A stretch of DNA of 63,835 nucleotides, counting the filler, from Trichomonas gallinae (taxonomy: Eukaryota): assembly GCA_008369845.1 (NCBI GenBank). It is 9 parts of 9 records of this genome, joined end to end, with 100 filler letters (N's around TTAATTAATTAA, not from the genome) between each part and the next. Parts side by side here need not be neighbours in the genome. Positions count along the whole stretch, not along the records: positions 49,816 to 58,930 come from MRSU01001583.1; positions 59,031 to 61,958 come from MRSU01001587.1; positions 62,059 to 63,835 come from MRSU01001610.1; 6 more parts are not named here. One strand, 5' to 3'. Positions 56,563 to 63,835 of the stretch are shown here, one piece after another (position 1 is the first letter of the stretch; every line of letters starts with the position of its first letter). The translations under genes and the position numbers were made by a program. Below the pieces are notes generated by a model. That model made no database searches. It was not told where the DNA came from and saw nothing but the letters and a program-made list of their open reading frames with translations.

Positions 56563-57765
56563 ATGGACCAGCAGGAGAATGATGCTCAGAAGGCTCTTCT
56601 TCAAGAGATTTGGGACCGCTGCAAAGTTTCGCCAGAGAAAATGGAATCTCTCGACAAAATGCTGGGCCAATTAGTTGAAGAGGCAAACTATTATATGAAC
56701 ACACAAGTTAAACCAATGGGAGCACAGGCAATTCTGAACGTAGTTTATGTTCCTTCAATGAACCCAACTCAAAATTACTATTATCAGCCAAATCAACAAA
56801 TTTATCAACAAAATAATTTACAGCAAACGAATCAAAACGTTGAAGAAGAGTATTATTACTATGATGAAGAAGAGGAGTATTGTTATATCTACACAGACGA
56901 GGAATATGCTGATTATCCATATTCTGATTATTATGATTACGAACCACGTGAAGACGCTATTAAAGTCGTCGACCGTGCTTACCAACAACCTCCAGCTTCA
57001 GTTGAAGAAGAGATTCCTAAATCTGACCTTCCAGCTGCGAAACCAGCTCAAAAAGAGATTTCTAAGCCAAGCTTTATGGCAATTAAGCCACAACAAAAAC
57101 CAGAACAGAAGTCTGTGACATCACCAATCCAAATAAAGGCTGTGCCACTTCCACAACAACAAAAATCAATACAAAAATTAGAAAAACCGGAAAATGCTCA
57201 AAATCTAAAGGTTAGTGAAAAACCACAAACTATTCAGCAGCCAGCAGATAATAAGAAACCAGAACTCGGCACTTCAACAATTGCTAAATCTCCATCTGGT
57301 TTATTCCAGCAAAAGACACAAAGCACTGCACCATCGAAGGCTTTATCCATTTCAAATTCAACACTTACTCAAAAGACGCCAGAAATTGCTCAGAAATCTG
57401 AAAATGTCGAATATCTCAAAGAAAAACGCACAATTGTTAAGAAAGATATCGGACAAATTCGCTTTGTTTTCCCTGTAGATAACGAAAGAATTAAAATTAC
57501 TAATGAAATGCTTACTACCCAAGCAGCTGATATTTCATCACTCAAAGATTTTTCAAACTACTGCCCCACAGAGATTACATTCAACAATATCGGTCCAGCA
57601 TCCAAAGATGAGAAAGCCATTTCTGACTTCAAGACAAATCTGAATATTTATTGCAGAAAATCTAATGTTAAAATGATTTCTTATGATGAGACATCACGCG
57701 TTTTGATTCTTCGTGTTAACAAGATCGAACAATATCCAATTAAAATACCAAAATTCCAAAATTAA
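56563..57765 (+). CDS. Low-complexity protein with a C-terminal Nup98-APD (peptidase S59)-like domain
   Basis: TIVKKDIGQIRF..PVD, N.C.TEITFNNIGP and MISYD..SRVLILRV resemble the Nup98/Nup145N autopeptidase fold. Confidence 0.55.
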   Translation: MDQQENDAQKALLQEIWDRCKVSPEKMESLDKMLGQLVEEANYYMNTQVKPMGAQAILNVVYVPSMNPTQNYYYQPNQQIYQQNNLQQTNQNVEEEYYYYDEEEEYCYIYTDEEYADYPYSDYYDYEPREDAIKVVDRAYQQPPASVEEEIPKSDLPAAKPAQKEISKPSFMAIKPQQKPEQKSVTSPIQIKAVPLPQQQKSIQKLEKPENAQNLKVSEKPQTIQQPADNKKPELGTSTIAKSPSGLFQQKTQSTAPSKALSISNSTLTQKTPEIAQKSENVEYLKEKRTIVKKDIGQIRFVFPVDNERIKITNEMLTTQAADISSLKDFSNYCPTEITFNNIGPASKDEKAISDFKTNLNIYCRKSNVKMISYDETSRVLILRVNKIEQYPIKIPKFQN

Positions 57766-58511
57766 TTCTTTATTCCTAATAAAGTCTAACTGTTTATATG
57801 ATTAAATTAAGTATTAAGTTTTATATCTTTAAATAGAATGTATTAAAAGCCAAAACAATTATGAATATTTTATGATTGAAGGTATAACAATACAAAACAA
57901 TTAAGAATTTCTGAAGTGTGCAATCTGGAAATAATGTATAAAATAGTTATTCTGTATGCATATGACTATGTGCAAAGGACATTGGACTGTTGCTCCTGTT
58001 GAAACTAAGTGATGTACCGAAGCTCTGACCTCAAGATTAGAGTCTCACTAGAATGGATCAAAATTTCTATAGTTGTGTAAACCTTACAAAATAAGGTGAG
58101 TATATGAATCTCACCGAACATCATGATAGTATTCAATCAACAATTGGCATGTCAAAAATTATCGTATATCTGACATGTAAATACTATAACGATGCTGCAA
58201 CACCTATTTAATATACTGTCAGATTTGATCATATTTTTGACATGTAAAATAAATATGAAATAAAGGGGATGGGATGCACCCCCTATTTAATATTGTGTCA
58301 GATTTGATTGTATATTTGACATGTAAATTAAAGACAGAATGCTATATGCTATACATCATATTATAAACGAAATTAAAATGTCATAAATCTAAATAAAAAC
58401 GATGAAAATTTTGGAGAAAAGTGAAGTGAGTTGATAATTCCTTATAATGTTTTTTCGTAAATAATCAATATTAATTTATAAAACAATTATTTATGGTATA
58501 AAAAATGACAA

Positions 58512-58930
58512 ATGTTAAGTGCTTTAAAGACTGGCGCACGCTTCTCTAGTGTCAACACGGAGAAGATGATCCAAAAGGTCATTGCTGAGAGGCCAGATGG
58601 TCTTCTCGCTGAGCATGAGGTCCTCTCTATAATCGGAGACCTCGGCTTCGGAATTGCCCCGCATTATTTCGCAACAAAGCATACAGAACCAGAGGAAGTT
58701 GTCAAGAATATCAACGTTCCTACAGTCGTAGCCAAAGGTGTCGTTAGATATCGCAAGGATAACTTACTCGTTACTCATAAGACAGATATCGGAGCTCTCC
58801 AGTTCAACATCCCGAACACTCCAGAGGGCATTGCAAAGGCTATGAAGACATTCAACGAACGCTTCAACGAAAACTCGCCATACTATCTCGAAGGCACATT
58901 ATTCGTCGAACAGATGAAGATGAGCGGAGA
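58512..58930 (+). CDS. ADP-forming acyl-CoA synthetase (ATP-grasp domain first) with a hydrogenosomal-type presequence, 5' part
   Basis: MLSALKTGAR/F leader, LLAEHEV...GF.I, P.VVAK, THKTDIGA, G.L.VEQM. Confidence 0.7.
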
Positions 58931-59030
58931 NNNNNNNNNNNNNNNNNNNNNNNNNNNNNNNNNNNNNNNNNNNNTTAATTAATTAANNNNNNNNNNNNNN
59001 NNNNNNNNNNNNNNNNNNNNNNNNNNNNNN
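58931..59030. other. Artificial contig linker
   Basis: 44N-TTAATTAATTAA-44N. Confidence 0.98.
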
Positions 59031-59263
59031 AAAAAAAAAAAAAAAAAAAAAAAAAAAGCTGTTTTTCCAATCAACTTCAATGGGCACCGAAATGTTATAG
59101 ATTTTAGTGAATTACATTTCATGAAAGAATTCCTATATACGATTGATTCTCTGAGAAAATAGCATTTATCAAAATTATAATCTCATTCCTCGTTGTGTAT
59201 ATAATGTTTCCGGTTAAGAAAAAATGGTTTTAATCTTAATGTCAAAAATTGACATGATCAATA

Positions 59264-61837
59264 TTATAATAAATTAGCTAAAACTTGCATTAGGAACACT
59301 ATAAGATCATCATAAACAGAAATAAATGCTGCATATGTTCCTTTTTGCGAAATATCTTTGATCACAGGTAGATCACAAAATGTAGTGAGTTTATATTTTC
59401 GCTTTGTGTGAATATTGATTGCATATTTTTTGAAAAATATTTTTGCAAACACATTAAATGCATAATAATCTGTCACATTATTTCCAATGAATGATGCAAC
59501 AATTGGGGTTTCTAGTGGTGAGTCATTCCTAATGAAATAATCAGGAAGTACTGGAACTAAGAACTCGATATCAGAAAATATAAACGATCGAAATGAATCA
59601 CATTCATCAATAATTCGTGGAGAAATTTTACAACTCTTTTCTAAAACTAGTTCTTCAATCGCTGAAAATTGAAATGCTAGATCCATAATCAAGGCTGATC
59701 CTTTAACAATAACTTTATTTAAGCTGGAGCATTGGGCAAATGAGAAACTACCAATAATCTCACAATTTTCAGGAAAAATTACATATTTAAGTGATTTACA
59801 TTCATAAAAGGCACCTGGTGCTATGTATTCTAGGCTTTTTGGAAATATAACTTCTTCTAATCGTTCACATTGATAAAAAGATTGGAATTCTATTCCTTTT
59901 GTTTCATCATGAATGACTACTTTCTTGAGAGATATACATTTTTGAAAACAACTATTTGGAACATATAAAACATTTCGAGGTACATCAAATGTCAACAAAG
60001 ATTGACATTCAGAAAAAGCATTATTAGAAATCTCATTCATATTATCAGATAATGATATTGATTCTAATCCAGAATTTGCAAATGCATTTTTTCCAATTTT
60101 AACTGCATTCAGAAGATTTATTGATCTAAGAGAATTACAATTTACGAATGAATAATCCGCAATATTTTTAGCATCCGTCATTATGATAGTTTTTAATGAT
60201 TCACATCCTGAAAATGCCTGATAATTTATAAATTTTGCATTACGTATATCGACATATTCAAGTTGTTTGCAGTCTTTAAAACAGCTTTCAGGAATTGTAT
60301 CAATATATGTATTAGATGTGAAACTAATAAGCTTAAATCTAGAAAATTGTCCTGGTGCTAATTTTTTGATTGATTCTGATATTTCTACAGAAACAGTATC
60401 AATTTTTGTATTCATTACGGTGATCTCATATGTACAGCCGGAATCCAATGAAAATATATATTCAGTTTGTAGGTTGACCGTATTGGAATATTCAAAAGAT
60501 AATATATTTATACTTGGATGATGGAACTCAAAATATTCAATTCTTGGACAGCCATGAAAAGCAGTATTAGAAATGAATATGATTGAACTAGGTAAAGTTA
60601 CTGAAGTAAGAAACCTGCAGCTACCAAAAGCAAAATCTTCAATTATCCTTATATTATTTGAAATTTGATGCTCTTCACTTGCTATAATTCGGCCAATAGT
60701 AATATTTATCACATCGGAATTATAATATGAGTATGCATATATTATCGTGGGATCAGTTTTTGGTATAGAAATACTATTTATCTCATCGGCAGTTATATAA
60801 CTACATCCTTCAAATGCAAATCGAGCAATTATATTGACTTTTTCTGTAATTTGCAGATTTTGTAGATTAATGCAATCTAAAAATGCTTGTGCATTTATTT
60901 TTTCTATTTTTCCATATACCGTGAAATCTCTCAAACTTGAACATTTTTCAAAAGCAGACTCTTCTATTACTTTTATTGAACTGTGAAATGTAACAGTTTC
61001 TAAAGCAGTACATTCGCTGAATGTTAATTTTTCTACTCTTTCAATATTTTTCAACTCAATAGATTTTAGACTCACACATTTTTGAAAACTTTCACGAGCT
61101 ATTTGTTTTAATGTTTCTGGAAATGATATCGTCTCGAGATTCGAACACTTTGAAAAACATAAATGTGAAATTTCCTCTAGATCTTTTGGTAATATAACAT
61201 TATTCAAACTTTCACATTCAAAAAGAATAGAATCATCTAAAAAAGTTAATGAATCTGGAAATTTAATTGAAGTTAAGTTTTTACAATTTTGAAATGCATA
61301 ATTTCCTATACGAGTTACGCTATTTGGAATTACGACATTAATAATACCACAGTTAGAGAATGCAAATGTTTCAATTTCAACAATACCCTCTGGAATATCG
61401 AATGCTTGCATTGCAGAACAACCAGAAAAAAATCCATATGTTATTACATGTAATGATGAAGGAAAATGAATGGTTGTAAGAGAACTACATTCGGTGAAAA
61501 TATTTGATATAATGGTTGTAACTGAATCTGGAATTGAAATGCTACTTAATGATTTGCAACCATAAAATGCATCAGAACCTATATATTGTAATTTGTTTGG
61601 TAGTGTGATATCATTCAAACTGCTGCAACCGAAAAAACAAGAATCCAAAATTCTCAAAATATTGTTGCATATCTTAACAGAAACTAGGTTTTTGCAATAG
61701 GAAAATAAAAATCTGGACATTGTATCGAATGTAACATCAATATCGACGCTTTTTATGCTTGAATTTTGATAAAAAACAGGATAAATTGTGGACCCTGATA
61801 TTGTACATTTGCCATATTCATCCAGTCTAACTTCCAT
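59264..61837 (-). CDS. BspA-like (TpLRR) surface protein
   Basis: About 25 repeats of the type LxxIxIPxSVTxIGxxAFxxC, with a hydrophobic C-terminus. Confidence 0.93.
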   Translation of the reverse strand: MEVRLDEYGKCTISGSTIYPVFYQNSSIKSVDIDVTFDTMSRFLFSYCKNLVSVKICNNILRILDSCFFGCSSLNDITLPNKLQYIGSDAFYGCKSLSSISIPDSVTTIISNIFTECSSLTTIHFPSSLHVITYGFFSGCSAMQAFDIPEGIVEIETFAFSNCGIINVVIPNSVTRIGNYAFQNCKNLTSIKFPDSLTFLDDSILFECESLNNVILPKDLEEISHLCFSKCSNLETISFPETLKQIARESFQKCVSLKSIELKNIERVEKLTFSECTALETVTFHSSIKVIEESAFEKCSSLRDFTVYGKIEKINAQAFLDCINLQNLQITEKVNIIARFAFEGCSYITADEINSISIPKTDPTIIYAYSYYNSDVINITIGRIIASEEHQISNNIRIIEDFAFGSCRFLTSVTLPSSIIFISNTAFHGCPRIEYFEFHHPSINILSFEYSNTVNLQTEYIFSLDSGCTYEITVMNTKIDTVSVEISESIKKLAPGQFSRFKLISFTSNTYIDTIPESCFKDCKQLEYVDIRNAKFINYQAFSGCESLKTIIMTDAKNIADYSFVNCNSLRSINLLNAVKIGKNAFANSGLESISLSDNMNEISNNAFSECQSLLTFDVPRNVLYVPNSCFQKCISLKKVVIHDETKGIEFQSFYQCERLEEVIFPKSLEYIAPGAFYECKSLKYVIFPENCEIIGSFSFAQCSSLNKVIVKGSALIMDLAFQFSAIEELVLEKSCKISPRIIDECDSFRSFIFSDIEFLVPVLPDYFIRNDSPLETPIVASFIGNNVTDYYAFNVFAKIFFKKYAINIHTKRKYKLTTFCDLPVIKDISQKGTYAAFISVYDDLIVFLMQVLANLL

Positions 61838-61958
61838 TTCTTAGTTTAAGCCATGGAAGTTAGCATAAAAATACACTGCATAAAGGTATGGAAACTTCGA
61901 AGGGCTCTAGGAAATTGCCCTAAACTTTGCAGGTATTATATAGACACCTTAAAGATAC

Positions 61959-62058
61959 NNNNNNNNNNNNNNNNNNNNNNNNNNNNNNNNNNNNNNNNNN
62001 NNTTAATTAATTAANNNNNNNNNNNNNNNNNNNNNNNNNNNNNNNNNNNNNNNNNNNN
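61959..62058. other. Artificial contig linker
   Basis: 44N-TTAATTAATTAA-44N. Confidence 0.98.
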
Positions 62059-62130
62059 TTCCGACACGGGGAGTCGAACCCCGCTCCAGCGGATGAGAAC
62101 CGCTTATCCTAACCGATGAACGATGTCGGA
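62059..62130 (-). tRNA. tRNA-Glu(CTC)
   Basis: Acceptor stem TCCGACA/TGTCGGA, anticodon arm AGCGG-TTCTCAT-CCGCT, T-loop GGTTCGACTCC. Confidence 0.95.
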
Positions 62131-62206
62131 TTTACATTACTTATTTATATTATATATATAACAATACAATATTTGCAATGGCAAAAAAATTGATTCGATT
62201 GCAATA

Positions 62207-62481
62207 TTGTAACCTTATTTTGTAATCCTTCGACAAATCTACTTACAGAAAACAGCCTCTTCAAAGATTGCTCTAATTCAGAAAATGGAGGCTCTATATT
62301 CTTTCAAACAAAAGGGCAGTGTGTTCAAAACAAAATATGCTGCTACAAATCAAAAGTAGTGGATGTCAATGGAGTTTTTCGCTTTGTTGATGTCTCTGAA
62401 CAAGATCCATTCCAAAACTAGATTATTTACTCTTCTATCATTGAGTCAGTTGATGGAAATAGTCTTGGATATAAAAATTAA
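62207..62481 (+). pseudogene. Inverted, internally deleted paralog of the gene at 62749-63732
   Basis: NPSTNLLTENSLFKDCSNSENGGSIFFQTKGQCVQNKICCYKSKV...PFQN*II, with TAG at 62419. Confidence 0.85.
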
Positions 62482-62748
62482 ACTAATTCTGGGATTTTAT
62501 ATTATATGTTATATTATGAGTCGATATAAATGTAATCACATTAATGTAAATATATAAAACTATTTTCAAATTGAATCATTGTATGAAATGCCGCGTTTTC
62601 AATATTTTACGTTATTCTCTCATTATCAATATTGCATAATAATGCCAAAATAGTTAAAAACACCGTTTATTTTAGAAATGTATATTTTTGATGAAATTTG
62701 TAAAATGTTATTAATATTTTCACTTAAATCATTGATGATATTGCGCAA

Positions 62749-63732
62749 TTAGTCCATAACTACAGCCATAAAGATATGGGATAAGAACTGGTCCAAAATA
62801 TAACTGATTGTTTCTGTATGAGGTTTTTCTTGAATGAAAATCATTGGATTCTGCGCTTCGCATTTGAATGTTGAAAAATGGGAAAGGTTAAGATCTGTTG
62901 GATCAGAAAGACGATTAATAATAGTTGTTGCTCCTTTAAAGTTATCCATGTAGCATTCTGTCAGAGTTACAGCAGAACCAAATGAATATGTATTTGGGTG
63001 TGTGTTGTTTACAAAGTTGCATCTTAAGACGGTAACAGTTATGGATCCTGTTGAAAATACACAATTTGTTCCAACGTTGTTAATCATGTTGCAGTTTTGG
63101 ATTTCAAGCTTAACTGAGCCCGATGTTCCTAAAAAAGAGAAAATTGAGGAACTATCACTAGTATGAATGTTATTGTCGAATGTTGAAAATTTAATGGATG
63201 AATATGAACTCAATGAATTTAATTTAATTGTTGAATATCTATTTGTGCTTGCGAATGATTCATTGATTGATGAAATATTGGCAGCACCTTTCGTAATGTA
63301 TATATTTGAATCTCCATGATTGTTTTCAGTGCCAGATTCAAAAACTGAAGATGAAATAATCTTGCACTGAAATGGTTCATTTTGAAAGATATCAACGTAA
63401 CAATAAACTCCATATGCATAAGTATATGTAACTTTCGATTTGTAGCTGCATATTCGGTTCTGAACACACTGACCTTTCGTTTGGAAAAGCAAGGAGCCTC
63501 CAGTGCCTGTATTTGAGCACTCCGAGAAGATGCTGTCTTCGGCAAGCAAGTTCGTCGATGGATTTGTCGTGTCAACAGAAATGGCGCGCTTTTGAATCTT
63601 AGAAAAGTCGCAAAAACTAACAAAATAACTTGATGAAGAGCTGGTGACACATTCATTGTGCTTATGTTCCGATTCTAAGTAATCAGTTGTTTTGTAAAAA
63701 TCTTTCCAATCTCGAAACAGATTAGAAAGATT
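62749..63732 (-). pseudogene. Lineage-specific secreted/surface beta-repeat protein lacking a start codon
   Basis: Frame open from 63732 (…DWKDFY…NPSTNLLAEDSIFSECSNTGTGGSLLFQTKGQCVQNRICSYK) with no 5' ATG. TGA at 63733-63735. Confidence 0.6.
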
Positions 63733-63768
63733 TCAAAATAAGGTTACAAAACTTTAAAAAAGAAAAAA

Positions 63769-63835
63769 TGGTTCCGCTGGGGCTCGAACCCAAGACCTTA
63801 GCGTTATCAGCACTACGCTCTACCTACTGAGCTAC
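63769..63835 (-). tRNA. tRNA-Ile(GAT), first 6 nt outside the window
   Basis: GTAGCTCAGTAGGTAGAGC D-arm, TAGTG-CTGATAA-CGCTA anticodon arm, GGTTCGAGCCC, 3' GGAACCA, then a T6 Pol III terminator. Confidence 0.92.

Noticed and set aside
57950..58060. Possible C/D-box snoRNA (GTGATG...CTGA)
   Set aside because: The boxes are too close together, the C box is imperfect, and there is no terminal stem.
58512..58930. Succinyl-CoA synthetase beta subunit
   Set aside because: It lacks the KAQ...GGRGK motif and has HKTDIG instead.
59031..59057. Poly(A) tract as a retrocopy tail
   Set aside because: It lies at a contig edge with no visible upstream body or target-site duplication, so it cannot be supported.
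13964..62058. Eight identical TTAATTAATTAA palindromes inside N-runs
   Set aside because: This is a synthetic six-frame-stop contig linker, not biology. It also makes synteny across these points unreliable.
1..63835. Spliceosomal introns explaining the broken ORFs
   Set aside because: I saw no trichomonad-type GTATGT...ACTAACACACAG intron signature at the broken loci.

Overview
AT-rich, gene-dense, apparently intron-free eukaryotic DNA. It looks like a trichomonad (parabasalid) genome, based on TCA(T/C)(T/A) initiators just upstream of ATGs, AAAGTGAC 5'UTR motifs, BspA, ankyrin, Myb and adenylate cyclase families, and a hydrogenosomal-type presequence. The window is nine contigs joined by eight artificial 100-nt linkers (44N-TTAATTAATTAA-44N), so neighbours across linkers may not be truly adjacent. 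Recognisable genes are TAF6, thioredoxin, KynB-type cyclase, AP-3 beta, histone H2B (partial), TTLL, DHHC, REX1-like exonuclease, PP1-like phosphatase, 14-3-3, PH-AGC kinase, longin, enolase, SMC2, PLK, PDI-like, eL22, adenylate cyclase (partial), bacterial-type PI-PLC (partial), Myb, two BspA and two tRNAs. There are also several pseudogenes, including a Mutator-like transposase. Most notable are: an intergenic motif TTTACAYGDCA present about 50 times in clusters upstream of genes; a probable hydrogenosome-targeted ADP-forming acyl-CoA synthetase; an FG-less protein with a Nup98-type autopeptidase-like domain; a G34 tRNA-Ile(GAT); a SNARE-less longin; a 5x120-bp repeat array; and two long hairpins. 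All calls come from by-eye motif recognition, with no searches run.
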